A DNA stretch of 63,885 nt, counting the filler, from Dugesia japonica (taxonomy: Eukaryota), in assembly GCA_001938525.1 (NCBI GenBank). It is 6 parts of 6 records of this genome, joined end to end, with 100 filler letters (N's around TTAATTAATTAA, not from the genome) between each part and the next. Parts side by side here need not be neighbours in the genome. Positions count along the whole stretch, not along the records: positions 26,362 to 44,834 come from MQRL01630057.1; 5 more parts are not named here. One strand, written 5' to 3'. The translations under genes were made by a program, and so were the position numbers. The notes beneath the pieces were generated by a model. The model was not told where the DNA came from and ran no database searches. It saw only the letters and a list, made by a program, of their open reading frames with translations. The first letter of the stretch is position 1. The number at the start of each line of letters is the position of its first letter. Positions 27,038 to 41,158 of the stretch are shown piece after piece.

Positions 27038-29521
27038 TAGGGTTTCTCATTTCTCAGTAAATATTGATTCCCGGGAAACGGGAATACTAAAATGCCATTC
27101 CTGGGTATTCCGGAAAATTACGTCATAATTTTATCGCAAAAAATTCCTGCTTTTTGTAAAAAAAAAATGTGAAAAATCAAATTTTTTCTAAAAATATTTA
27201 TGTTTAAAAACATTTTTTTACTGTCTGCAAACAAACTTAGTTTAAATATGCAGATTAAATATTTTANNNNNNNNNNNNNNNNNNNNNNNNNNNNNNNNNN
27301 NNNNNNNNNNNNNNNNNNNNNNNNNNNNNNNNNNNNNNNNNNNNNNNNNNNNNNNNNNNNNNNNNNNNNNNNNNNNNNNNNNNNNNNNNNNNNNNNNNNN
27401 NNNNNNNNNNNNNNNNNNNNNNNNNNNNNTTTAATATTATTTAAAACATAACGTTTATTATATCATATTACGTTTAATAATATTTTTATTAGGTTTGCAA
27501 GAAAAATTAAAACTTAATAGTTAAATTAGATTCGCAATTTCTGTGTAGATTTTTTTACTTTTAAACCACTATTTATATCAAAAAAAATATTTTTGATTGC
27601 CAAAATTCATGTCAGTTATTACATTTATAAAAAATGTTAATTTAAGACGTTAAATTTTTTCTAACAAATTTTTTAAAATATTTTCCAAATTTATTAGGTG
27701 GGTGGATTAATTCTAGACCTCTTCAACAACTTTTAATATTTATCTTATAACAAATAGACACGTTAAAATCAATCAAAGTATTTTCCATCGTTAGGAATGA
27801 CTTTCCCCCATAAATCTGGCAACATGGATATTCCGGGATGATAAAATGATTTTTCTTTAGAATCGATTCCGCTAAAAACCCAATTTTGGACATCTTCGTA
27901 CTAATTGAATTGCATATTTTTCAGGGAATGTTCCATTGACCGGAATAAATGAAAATCTGTTGGAGTTATATCTGGAGAGTACGCTGGGTGCGGAAGGCTT
28001 TCTCATTGCAAGTCTAACAATGTTTGCTTGACGATTGAAGAAAGATGTGGTCTCGCATTGTCATGCAAAAGAATGACTTTGCGTCTATTGTCTTCATTTA
28101 ATCTTAGGGGTTGATGTTAATATCGTTCTTCTGTAACTGTTTCCTTTGATTTCAAAAGTTCCTGGTACACGACACCTTCCATATCCCACCAAATACAAAG
28201 CATGACTTTCTTATCATAATTATTGCTCTTTGCGGTGGACGCTGATGCCTGTCATGGATCAAGCAATGATTTTTTCCGTTTGGGGTTATGGAAATAAATC
28301 GATTTTTCATCGCCTGTAACAGTTCGACACAAAAAACTATTTTTTCTCTGTCTGGCAAGAAATGATGTGGATATTCTTAAACGATTACAGATAGCACTTA
28401 CACTCAAATTATAAGAGATCCATTTTCCCTCCTGAATTTTTCCTAGCTCATGTAGCCGTCTGGAAATTGTTGATCGATGTGTGTTTTGTATCTTAGCCAA
28501 CTGTTTCTCTGTTTGAGTGGGGTTGTCTTTCAATAAATCTTGTAATTCACTATCTTCAAACTTTTTTAACTGACCTGGTCTTTCTTTAGCATTTCAAATC
28601 GAAATCGCCTGATTTAAATCTTGCAAACCAGAATTTGCAGTTAGACAACGATGGAACATCATCAGTGTATGTTACCTCAAGCATTTTCTGCGATTCCGCT
28701 ACAGATATCTTTAAGATTAAGTGTTAATTAATTTATTAATCTCTTATTCACCCCAACTATGTTTAAGCCTATTAATGCATCAGTTATTATTTAATAAAGT
28801 CGCGTCTGATTAATTTATCAGTATCTAGTAGATTACAAATTTTCTTGACTGAATTATCATTTATAAAGCCATTAATTCTGTCAATTCTCAACAATATTTC
28901 GCCAGTAGGCGTTGTGCACATCTTTACTCTTNNGTCGAATCCTTCTAAAACTTTAATATTGCTCATTTGGAAGAATATTGGACCACTATTAAATAGGCGT
29001 TCCTATTATTTTACACATTTTTTTACTGTAAAAAAATACTAAAATTTTAAGAATATCTAAGTTAGCTATAAATTACTACTAAAGTCCAAAGATAAATAAA
29101 ATTTATAATAATTATATTTAATATTTATATTTTAATATTATATTAAGCATAACGTTTATTATATCATATTACATTTAATAATATTTTTATGAGGTTTGAT
29201 AAAAGTAAACTTGCAAGAAAAATTAAAACTTTAGAGTTAAATTAGATTCGCAATTCAAATTAAATGAACTATACTTCTGTGTAGATTTTTTTTACTTTTA
29301 AACCACTCTTTATAGCAAAAAATATGTATTTTTGATTGCCAAAATCCATTGGTCAGTTTTTACATAGATAAAAATGTTAATTTAATGTTAAATTTTTTCT
29401 AATACATTTTAAAAAATATTTTTCTTATTTATCTCTAAGATTAAGTGTTAATTAAATTACCCGGGAATGAACTTTTGTTTCCCGGGAAATCGAGAACGGG
29501 AAATCTCGAGGAGAAACCCTA
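27038..29521. mobile_element. Non-autonomous hAT element with internal duplication, nested mariner and an exon-like ORF
   Basis: TIRs TAGGGTTTCTC/GAGAAACCCTA; perfect TSD CTAATAAT (27030-27037, 29522-29529); CCCGGGAA subterminal motifs; 27430-27690 duplicates about 29130-29420. Confidence 0.9.
27692..28710 (-). mobile_element. Decayed mariner transposase nested in the hAT element
   Basis: HTH region, GKWISYNL (WVPHEL equivalent), RTVTGDEKSIYF, LLHDNARPH, HPAYSPDITPTDFHLFRS; TATTAGGTG TIR at 27692. Confidence 0.9.
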
Positions 29522-29559
29522 CTAATAATAGTAAAATTTTGCAAATAGTAAAATAGCAA

Positions 29560-32500
29560 ATTTTTTCCTTTGTGGAAAAATCAAGCCGCTTCTGACTGGC
29601 TAATTCAAGAAACCCATCCATTAATTTATCTTCTTTATTCTATTGTATTAAGTCGGTGTCGGTTTTCGATTTTTGTTAATTTAACCTAATAAAGAAAACA
29701 TTTTCTTTTGCGAGTTCATCCCGTTTTTATTAGTATTTTTTTAAAAATTTTCAATAATAGTATGCTAATTATCTTCCTCAAAATATTGCATGTCTTAGAC
29801 ACTCTTAAGTTTCCAATTGGTTTCGTAAGCTTCTATATTAGAAAAATTTACATTAATATTTTCTGTAATTGCTGTCTTCAACATACCAACTTACCTTAAA
29901 TAGTAATTTATGAGATATATTGATTTTAATTTTTATAATTTATTCATAAAATAATTTTTTAATTAAATTTTTTAAAGGGAAAAAATTACCATTGTCGTAA
30001 TAGCTTCGGTGATAACAACACTTTTATTAATAATACTTCATCACTTGAATTCTCAAATAATTGATAAATATTAAATGAATATTAACAATTGGTAATAAAC
30101 CAGTAGTTACTTGAATAATCTGAATCTGTTAATACTCTTGATCGACATTGTGCCTGCCTGTATTAATATTTTCATTATTTTCCTCTAATATTCCATTCGA
30201 TGGAATGTCCACGAGGTGTATAATTCACATCCATTTTTTGTATTCCTCTGAAACAATCAAATATCATTAACATTAATCACATCGATAAAAAATTTAGTAA
30301 ATACAGTGTTACGAATTTAATATCTAATTCTATTTGATTTAAATAAGACTCATACATACTTCATATATACTTCATACATACTCATTGCTTAAATAAATAA
30401 AAATATTAAGGATCTTCGATAGCAACTGTCATTGTACATAGTTTCTCTGTTAATTTGATACAAATAACTGTTCCATTTAGTACTTTTTATAAATAGTTTA
30501 TTAATAACCGAAACTATAACTTAAAATTAAAATTCTCATTGTGAAATTTGCATTCTCCAGAAACAATATCTTCACTTTTTTCTGGACTTTTTATGTGCGA
30601 TATGAAAATCACGCCCCTTCTCTTATCGTCATGTTTTTAGAACTTCAATACACGCTTATTATTATATCATAATATTATTTGATGTTTAACTCATATAATG
30701 TTTGATGAGTTAGTGTGTTATTGAATAGTTTCTTCATTATCTGTCAGTATATGTTAAACACAGTTTATCGTGATATGGAAAGGTTTGATAAAGTCTCCAA
30801 GTCTTGAAGATTAGTGTAGACTGTTGTTAGTACATACATACCATTTATCACAAATTAATAAAAATAATGAAAATAAATTACTGAAATGACTTTATAGAGA
30901 CTATAACATGTAAAATATTTAAGCATGTGGTTATAAATATAAGCTTTAATGATGATGAAGATTTTGTTGATCCGGTTGCTGATTCAGTTNNNNNNNNNNN
31001 NNNNNNNNNNNNNNNNNNNNNNNNNNNNNNNNNNNNNNNNNNNNNNNNNNNNNNNNNNNNNNNNNNNNNNNNCAGGAAAGAAGAAAAAGCAATTCGCGAT
31101 CAATGGTTACGCTGCTCTTACCAACTGTTTTCTTTATCATCGATTAATGGTATTAAACGATTTTAGAATAAAATAATCATTTGAGCTAAATTTTACAATT
31201 TAAAAATACGTGACAGTTATTCACAATACAAAATATACTTATAAATTTAAATAACATTGCCAAATTCCCCTGATTTTGCGTGTTGCATTCTCAATATTTC
31301 GTTAGGCTGTATTTTAATTTGCACAAATCTAAGTAATTCTTTGGCTTTGCTTACTTTTTTACCGAACTTTTCAATAATAATAATTAGTAAGTATAATAAT
31401 AATAATCGTAATAATAATAATTATAAAATCATGAAATAATGTTAGTAGAAAAATACTGATTAATTTATTATTTATTATCAATATTATGCTTTGGAGCAAT
31501 ATATACATTCCTCATTACTTACTCTGTTTTTGTGGATTTTTAATCAATAAGAAGTTATTCTTTCAAAGTATCTATATTCTTTAAAATAGAAATTTTACTC
31601 ATAACAATCAATCCATTTTTTTGAAAAAATATGGATTATCTGCCNNNNNNTTTAAAATTCCTCATTCAAAATATTTATGATAATTGGAATACAAATACAT
31701 TTTATTCTGAAATAATGTTAGATAATTTTATTTTTTTTACATAATTGAACTTAATATTTCATGAAGATTTATTAATTTCCGGTTTGAGACCTAAATAGGT
31801 GTGCGAATATCTACTTTTCAATGTCACAGTGTACTTTGAGCAATTTCGATCGAAATTGATGAGTTCATTTTTGTGAAAATATTTGATTTGGTTTCCCCAT
31901 ACATTTGTAACAATATTGATGATAATATTTTGTTGTAATAAATGATATCTGTTATTTGTGCTTACTAAATTTGGCAAGTATAATTTGTTATGAACCATTG
32001 GGTCTTAAAATCCCGCAATATGCATGCTTATCGAGTTCGATGAATGGATGGCCAATAATATTATTCGAACACCTGAACAATTAGAATATATGAAGATTCA
32101 TGGATTGATTAAAAGTTTCATGTCTCCATAAAATCTATTGTTCAACATTACCATCTTCACTTTACGTAATTTAATTCATTTCACGCCATTTTCCTTTAAA
32201 ATAGTCAAAATACTTTATATAATACAAATAAATTCTTACTTATTTCATAATTCATAAGTTTTCATATTTCCAATAATTCATAATAATTACCATTAAATCC
32301 ATTCGACAAAATTCATTTCATCAATCTAAAATTAAAATTAAGACTATTAATTTAAAAGTTGTGATGAAATAGTATTTGCATCTTGCTTATATATGCAATC
32401 GATGCACACATGATTTAATAAGGGAAATTTTTTTAGCTCAACTAAAGAAAAATATAATTTTTTATAATAATAAAGTAATTGTCAGTCATATTTTTAATTT

Positions 32501-33471
32501 TAACATGGCTGAACAAAACTTAATTTAAAAAGTCGTTTAGATTGCATTTATTTCTATTTTCATTTGATTTTAGAAAATTGGGATTTTGATTCTTTTTATA
32601 ACAAGTTCCCTAAAATCCTATATTTACTCTATAACTCCTATAGAAACTATTAAAAACCAATAATACTACAAAAAAATTTTTTAATTTATAAAAAACTTAT
32701 AATTACCTATTAAATCATATAGAAAACATGTAAAAAAAATCTAAATCCTATTAAAACCCTATTAAATACTATAATTAACTTATAAAAGCCAATAACCTTA
32801 TAAACCCTTCAAAACCATATTGAAAGATAAAAACCAAATAAAATTCCATTACACTTTATAAAATCATAAAAAAATCATAATTAAATAAAAATCAAAACAA
32901 AATTTTATTATTAGTATATTTGATGTCTATTTCGCATCGCCAATCATTGATACAATCTAATATTTCACATCTTCAATTAATCTATTGGCATCTTTATGTT
33001 CATAGTATTGTATTGTATTTATATTGCATAGTATTTTACATCTAATTATGTTGAGATAGAACCCAATCAATCTATTAATGAGTTGAAAAGAGTCTAATAA
33101 ACTGAATTAAAATTTAATGAATTTCATTTTCTTAACAAAATATATAACCTCATCATTAGAGTTTTGTTAATTGATGAGATGTACATGAATATGGGTAACT
33201 GATTTGTTCATCAAAGTAGATTCTAATGGTTTCTTCAATATCAACTCCGGTATACATTTTGACACGATAACAATATATTTCAGGAACTCAGTATACTGAA
33301 TCCCCTCTTAACTTATCAAATTTTACATCCAGAAAATCTTTAAAGATTTCTGGAAACTAATTTTAATTAATTGAAAAAATTTACCTTGTTTGGGTAATGT
33401 ATATATGTATATATACTGCATTAATATTCATTCATCATTTGAATATTCATCATCATTTAAATCTGTATCCA
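29560..33471 (-). pseudogene. Decayed multi-exon gene with CUB-like extracellular domains
   Basis: A 28-nt GT-AG intron (33384-33357) joins HYPNK|FPEIF..*..YCYRVKMYTGVDIEETIRIYFDEQISYPYSC. Further pieces LIGFYLNIIRC and PFIELDKHAYCG. Several in-frame stops. CUB assignment is by motif spacing only. Confidence 0.35.
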
Positions 33472-33633
33472 TATTTTCGTATTCAATAGTGTAACTCATT
33501 TGTATTAATTTGATTTATGAGCATTTTGTTTATACATTTTTAGCATACACATATGTATGAGTTCTCTATTTTCAATGTCCATGCTTCATGCATCATTAAC
33601 ATGTACTAACTCTAACATTACTAACTCCTAAAT

Positions 33634-35597
33634 TGTTACGGGATCCTTGATTATCTATGATTGTTTATTTGGTTGATTCGCAGATTGATTGGTTTATCTC
33701 GAGTTTTGGAATATTGGAATGTTGATTATTTTGGTTTCTGAAATTAGATAATATGATATGTTCCTACGGCTTCTGCACGCATTCAAATATAATTATTGCA
33801 TTCATTAATTGACTACTTTTATCTACTAATTGTTACTCCTAATTACCAATTACTAAACTACGATGCATTACCATACTTGATTTCTATTACCTTAGCAGCG
33901 CATTTACGTAATTTTTACTATTATTACCTCACAATTTATTATACATAAGCAGCGATTTTATTTGTTTACGTAATACCCATTTCAATATTTACTGTTCTGA
34001 AACAGTTCCACTCAGATCATTAATTCCGATTATAAATCATATAGTTTAACAAATTAAAATACTGTTGTACCCAATTTTTTCGTAATCATTAATCCATAGC
34101 TAATGTAGGTTCTCCAAATGTGCCTTTGACACATTACTCCAACGAGCTCCATTAATTCATTTCGTTTCCTTGTAATTGATTCCTTCGTTGAGCTCATGAC
34201 TCCTTCACTCATTAATAAATTTTATTCATTGCTCCTGTAACATGTCCGTAACATGTAGGTCAATAACAATTTTAATCATTTCAGTCATTAAACGATCATT
34301 ACAGCTGTCCTTTTAAAGTTGATCAGGCTTCTAGTTCGAGCTTACTGATCGCGGGCCCTATTTTCCAAAAATGACATCCACCATTACGACATTTTTTCCT
34401 TGGGTGCCTTCACATATCTATGGTTATGCAATAAAACTCTTCAATAATATTTAAATTTAAATCCAAAATTAATTAACTCATGAAACTCTCAATTAAATCT
34501 CAACTATTAGCAATTAACTCTCGAACATTTAATTCCAAAATTATTCAAACTTCTCGATTATTGTTTCATATGACTCCGTAACCATAGAACACCACTGGTA
34601 CACCTCATCCCCATCTCCTTTCATTTGTCGATCGAATTATCGATTTATTCACTGCTCGTTCTGATTCTCTGCTGTTAAATTCATGTTAACATTTATGTAA
34701 TACTTGCCTCATTGCTAATACGCTTTTGCCGCTGCTCCTTTAGATGCATGAACATCGAATTTCTATTGACTCACATCAAGTTTCTACTACTGTTATTTTC
34801 GTGGACAACTGACCTGTGCGTCAATCTAATTTTCTCCGCTTTTATCTACAATCCATTCCGATTACTCTACAGATATCCCGTTACCAGCTGCAGTAGTCTG
34901 GTTTTGATGTTTTACTGAAACTACCCGCCGTGATTATTGTTTATCTGTAGAGTTATTCAATACATTATGCTCGAATTGAGGCACTCTGAATGAGAAGAGT
35001 TGCGAGATCCTACTTCTAATCCCACCACTATCCTTATTCGAAACCACTCCATTATCATCTCATTGTCAATAATTCATTTATCATTAATAATTATTTAATT
35101 CATTATTTCTAGCCAGACGCTTCGTACAACTTGATCTAGACATGTAGTCCGTGTGAACCCTGATTTCTATCTCTCACCCACCACATAACTACATAACTTC
35201 GTATATTAATCAGTATTATTTATCAATTAAAGTTGATCTCAATACCGCGTGCAAGTTCTCTAACCCACTCTTACTTATCAGGCATTTGACTCTCTAATAC
35301 TCATTACTTGTCGTTTAAACACCATTCAATTCTCATTATTTGTCAAAAAAGTTGTTTCGGATCGCTGTCCTAACAAGGTGAGCAGTTAACGAAGCAATTG
35401 TATTTGTAGTCTCTTGGAATTTATCATTGCTCACTCCCACTTCTGTATTTCATATACTCATTTAATCTTTTAATCATTTCATCTTTTCGTCTGTTCATCG
35501 CTGCGCAAGTTTCTCGTATTATTTTCGTTTGTTTTCTATCAGTGTTTATTTGAATGCGTGCTATGTTCCTACTTCTGTGCATGCTCGTCTCGTAACA
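33634..35597. mobile_element. Highly decayed LTR-like element
   Basis: Bounded by TGTTACG...CGTAACA; TATGTTCCTAC..TTCTG occurs near both ends. No TSD and no recognisable ORF. Confidence 0.3.
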
Positions 35598-36820
35598 TCT
35601 CTTTTATTTTCGCCATCATTAATTATTTGAATGCCTGTTATCTCCTATTTCTCTGCATGTATGTATTAACTAATATTATGTACTAAACTAACTCAATACG
35701 TCTACTTTACTTCTATTTTACTTTTCTAATTATTATTTATATCATAATAAATATAATATAATATCATAATATCATATAAATGAAAGTAAAACTACAAATA
35801 AAACCTTCAAATATTTAAAATTTTACTTTGTTTTAAATAAGTAATTTAATATTTGAATCTATTTTGAAGCATTAATATAATATTCATAATATATAACAAA
35901 TAAAATATACAATATCAAAGTATTCCCAGTATTAAAATCGTTATTATAATATTAATCAAATTATTACCAAGCTCATTACCAAAAATTCATTACCAAAAAT
36001 ACTTTTACTAAAATCGTTTATTAAAATTATTTACGGAATTTATTTACTAAAATTTACTAGAGGATTAAATTATTAATTATACTGCGCATATAAAAAAAGT
36101 ACATTAATAAAATATTAATGCGCAAAGTTAAGAACACTATTAAATAATGCACAAAATTAAATAAAACCTTACATGATCCGAATGCCCTTTTCTCATAAAT
36201 TTGTTAGATCCTAGTGGGCTCAGGTACCTAACAATAAATAATTTGACTCCAATTGATTTAAAAATTATTAGGCGTGTAGGTAAANGTTCGTTTATTTATT
36301 ATAAATAATAATATAATAAATAAGAATAATTCAATAAGATAATACTTTGTTTTTAACACCACTTTATTAACTATAACAACTTTTACAAAAGATATTTCCT
36401 AAATAAAAAATTTTAAAAACTAATCCAAATTTTAAGGAACACCTTTACGAGCAACCTGCTCCTATATAATTTAAATAGAAAGAAAAACTCAGTACTTCGA
36501 CTGACCTTTAAGAAATTCGCACAGTGGCCCAAAAAATCCGTCCTAAAAGATTTTCGTCCCGAAAATTTATAAAATTTTTAAAGAAGACGCAATAAAACAA
36601 TAAAATAAATTAACTAATAAAATACATTATCATGAATTATAATTAAGAGTTCAAATCACTTAACAGAAAATAAAAGTGACGAATAATGTACAATTGGATC
36701 ACTCAAAATAAAATAATTTTTTTTATAGATCAGCTTTGAATATTGGATTTCTCGAACGGGTCACAGCACTACATGCTCGTGTTCGAGATGTTGAGGAGAG
36801 CGGATCGTAGCCTCGACGGA

Positions 36821-38374
36821 CTAGTGCTCATTTGGGGATTTCTTGGATTGAAGCTTATTTTCCTTTGAACTACGCTTCGCGAATAGTTTCTTCCTCTTCT
36901 TAGGAATTTCTACTTCGTTTACTAATTCCTTGACCAGGAATTTATTCTTGTCGAATCTTTGGGTTACTACCAGTGTTTTACCTGAGTGTTCGTGCACATA
37001 TACCAGTGAAGATAACACTTATCTCCAATTTATTTTCGTTAATATTTGATGTTACCAATGCGAATTGTTCAATTTCTTGCCCACAATAATATCTTACTGG
37101 CAATTTAAACTTAGCATCTGGTTTCTGCCAAGTTTTCGGATCTTGATCACTCGCATCTTTGAATGCTTTCTCCATACTGTATCTAGGAGTACCTACTATA
37201 GGGTCGGAACATTTTCTAGCTCCGTATTGGTATGAATGGACATAAGCGTCTCCTGTTTCAGGATCCTCGAATACTTCAGATGATAATACTGCCGTTTTCT
37301 GTTTNNNNNNNNNNNNNNNNNNNNNNNNNNNNNNNNNNNNNNNNNNNNNNNNNNGTTTTCTGTTTAAATACTTGCATTTGATGCGGTTTGGGTTGCCCTC
37401 TGTGAAATACGAAGGTCCCTTTTACATCACGTCCGGCATATTGCGTAATCTTGTTCTCCAACTTGTTCTTTGTTGGATTCTTCCAGTAGGTGTTAATCTT
37501 ATAATCGTCCAAGTCATTAAATTCGCTGTAAAATGAAGTATTATCATTTTCCGGCAAGGCTAATGCCGCCATATGAAGTTTCTTGATCTCGGGATATAAT
37601 TTATCTATGAACGACTCTGAATCTTTTTGTATTTCCTTTTCTGGTACTTTTTCTTTTTCTGGTACCTGGGAAATTTCTATTTCCTGTATAGACTCGTCAA
37701 TTTCCTGTAATGATATGCTGGAGGGTCTCCTAGCTCATCCTCATTTTCCAGAATTTTTGAGTCTTCAGATACTTCCATTTTCTGAACAACTATGTTGCTC
37801 CATCCCTTTGTTCAGGATGTATGTGGTCCACCCACTGATCCATAATCTTTAAATAAATTCTACGTATAGTTCTTGCATCCCGTTCACTTTTTAAATCTGA
37901 TTTGATTAGCGTTTCACATGGGGCTTTCTACTTTCAGATACCCAAGGTGTAAACACCATGGTTTTTTAACAACCTTTTTTCTAAACAAGGCGCGTTTGCC
38001 AAATCTCGAATACCTAGTATTCTATTTGCAGGAAATTCTACTGCATTTNNNAAATCCTTCAAATTCATACCAACTAGAATGCGGCTATCTAAAATCTTCT
38101 TTATTTTCTCTTTAAAATCTTCGCCATCCCAGTTTCCTCTGATTTGAACTTCTTTCAACCCCTGTGCATGCGCTTGGAAATGTTTGACGCATTTACGTGG
38201 AGTAATTATCGAGTTGATTATCAGTTCACCGTCAAAATTAAGCACGGTGGCTGAAACTACAGCTGATTCTAAACTTTCTTTGAGTGTAACATAGTGAAAA
38301 GCCACAAAACATGTTACACGATTTTCCTTTTGTTGGGTGAGCGACAATCGCACAAAAAAAGAGGGGTCCCCCAA
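36821..38374 (-). pseudogene. Frameshifted ~500-codon gene: REX4/ISG20-like DEDDh exonuclease fold, acidic linker, unknown C-terminal domain
   Basis: SAVVSATVLNFDGELIINSIITP..V..F.AHAQGL, KIKKILDSRILVGMNLKD, IRDLAN and ERDARTIRRIYLKIMDQW follow REX4-family motif order. The four listed minus-strand ORFs join via stops and frameshifts. Confidence 0.7.
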
Positions 38375-38401
38375 AATTGTTCTGAAAAAAAATGTTCCGA
38401 T

Positions 38402-38420
38402 GCGCCACTATCTACCTACT
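38402..38420 (-). mobile_element. AGTAGGTAGATAGTGGCGC element terminus
   Basis: Reverse complement matches the terminus at 6761 (GTAGATAGTGGCGCA). Confidence 0.65.
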
Positions 38421-40919
38421 CAACTAGATACATTTATAATCTTGTATTCATTCTATTGAGGTTTCATATAATCTCTAGCAATCTGAATTCACTAAAGACT
38501 ATCTTTTGAGCATCCATCTCCCTCCTCACAACGAATGGTCCTCCAGCATTATCATGATGAATTTCTAATTAAAGTTATCAATTTTATTATATGAAGTAGT
38601 GAACTAAAATACATTTATGATATTAATAATAATAATCTAAAATAACAGAATGAATAAAATGACTCAATTATATTGGACATCAAATTAATATTTTCACTAC
38701 AAATCCAAGATAATTCTGCAATACATTAAGCAATTTATTAAACAATAATAGGAGATTTCAACCACCACCTATCGGTCGATAGAGACGTATTTATTTCTAG
38801 AACTCAACAACCCAATTCGTATTCATCTCATTGCAACTTTTAACCCCATCTCTCATTATCATCTTCGTTCAGTAAAACTTTTATTACCACCACTTTCACC
38901 CACTGCTCTCATCAACTTTCATCATCTTTCATATTCCTTTATTAACATCATTAATTCACAACACCTACGTTTATCCTTAGCCTCTCACATAATATTAACA
39001 TCTGGCTGATCTAACCATCATACACTTTAATAGTCATCTCATATTCCTCATCGTATTTTACAACTCGTCTCAAATAATCACAACCATTTACTATTCATCT
39101 CGCATAGTCATAAACATTTTTAATAACATAATTTCTTTCATAATCAGAAACATTTTAATAACATGATTTTATCAGAGTGGATGATTTCGTAGCATCGGAT
39201 CTCTGAGTTCCGATGATCATCATTGCTAGCTTTACCAGACAATGACGATCACCGTATCAGTCTTCCGTTCACATAATAAATGATAATATTAAAATAAACA
39301 ATCTAAAAATTACTTATCAATTTTTCATTTTTAAATTATACGTGTAATTTTTAGAGTTAAAATGATATCAAAGTTGTGTGTTTATAAATAACTTTATAAA
39401 ATTTTTTGAGTTCTCATCATTTTGATATTTCATGTAGGCACCCACTTCAAATATTTTCATACTTCTCTGAATCGTCAATCGCAGATTCTACATAAATGAC
39501 TAAATTTAGTCATGATTTTTTTTTCATTTGCTTATGCACAATTTCAGTATCACATATGCCTGCCGGTGCTCAATCGGCATCTAAGATTTTTAGATAAAAA
39601 ATTTTATTCAGTAGGCAATGTGCGGTGCTCACCCGACACAATTGCTTGTAAATGCTACTACACATTTTTCTATAACAGCAGTACATGGTGCTCACTCGAT
39701 GTCTGCATGCTCATATCTTTGTGCAGGGCACATATAATTGTAAATGTCAATGAAACTCTGCCTCTAATAATTTCGATTTGACACACAAAGGGTGATTAGT
39801 CTGAATGCTAGTCTGAACTCGAATTCCGAGTCAACGGCTCCGCTCCGAAGATCTGGATTTTTTGGGGACACCAGATTTTAAATTCATCGCGGGGTTTTAC
39901 CAGGTCAATTACCTTAGACTTAATTTTATATAAAGTTCGACCCCCCTAGATTTAATCATATAAGATATCAACTCACCTAGGGTAAAACCCCAACATGAAT
40001 TTTGGGGGCTCAGCCGGGATTTGAATAAAGTTTTCTTAAAAAAATCATCATTGAGAAGCGAAAACTATCAAAATTACATAATAATCCATTAATAGATAAA
40101 TAATAATTAGCCGTCAATTCGGCAAAATGATAAAGGTTCAAAAAAAAATTTTTTTAAATGGATACTAATTCTGATAGAAGGAACGTTGGGTTGGAACAAA
40201 ATGTGTCCNTTATATTAGGTTAAATACTATGAATTAATTCCATCAAAATGACTGTGGTTAAAAAATTATCCCTGCAATACTTCAAAATTATATTGGTAAT
40301 ATCTATGATATAGAGGAGCCTGGATTATGTTGATAGGATAAGCAAATTTTATTTGCAGATTAAGGTCAACCACTTAATTACAAAATTCGATCAAGATTTT
40401 AGGACTTTAATATGGGTTATTTTAAAAGGGTATTATCTGTACCAACTAAAATTGTATTTCTGCGACACGGTATGTGTAGAGATTTTAACAAGGGAACGTT
40501 AGAAAACTTTTAAAGTATCCGAGCGGAATAATTTCATAATTATAACGGGGAAAAGTTTTATAACCCTGCTATAGAACAATCGTTATTACTAAACAACACC
40601 GGCAATCTACCGCCATACTAATTATAGCATAAAATCTATTTAAATTTCGGTGCAATCATTCAAAGTATTAGAACAGGAATGCCCAGTTGAGTATATCAAA
40701 GCTTAATGCCAATTATAAAGTTTGCCGTACATTTCCCGCCTAATCGAATATAACACTTACTCAATCGCTATTTAACCTATATAATTACTACGTATTTTAA
40801 ATGTAAACTATCTATTCGGGAAATTTAATTATTGGTTGATACATATTGGGGATAATTATAAGGTATTTAATACAAAAGAAAAACGTAAAAAAAAGTTAAA
40901 GGTATTAAAGAAAAACAAA

Positions 40920-41158
40920 ANAATTTAACGATAAATTGTCTAATTCTAATTAAAAGAAATAATTTTCTTTTTTAAATAATAACCAATCAAACACTTTTTT
41001 AAAAAGTAATAAATAAAAAAATTAAGACATCTAAGATAAAATAATTTAACGATAAATTGTCTAATTAAATTCTAAATAAAAGAATTAATTTTCTATTTTA
41101 AATAATAACCAAACAAACACTTATTTTAAAAATAATAAATAAAAAGACTAAGACATCT
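40920..41158. repeat. ~120-bp tandem duplication
   Basis: AATTTAACGATAAATTGTCTAATT...AAGACATCT occurs twice (about 40922 and 41043). Confidence 0.85.

Noticed and set aside
36520-36540. CACAGTGGCCCAAAAAATCC, resembling a Transib TIR or RAG RSS heptamer
   Set aside because: No matching opposite end, TSD or transposase found.
38440-39270. GPFVV motif as an integrase GPY/F domain of an LTR element
   Set aside because: Isolated short motif with no other supporting domains.
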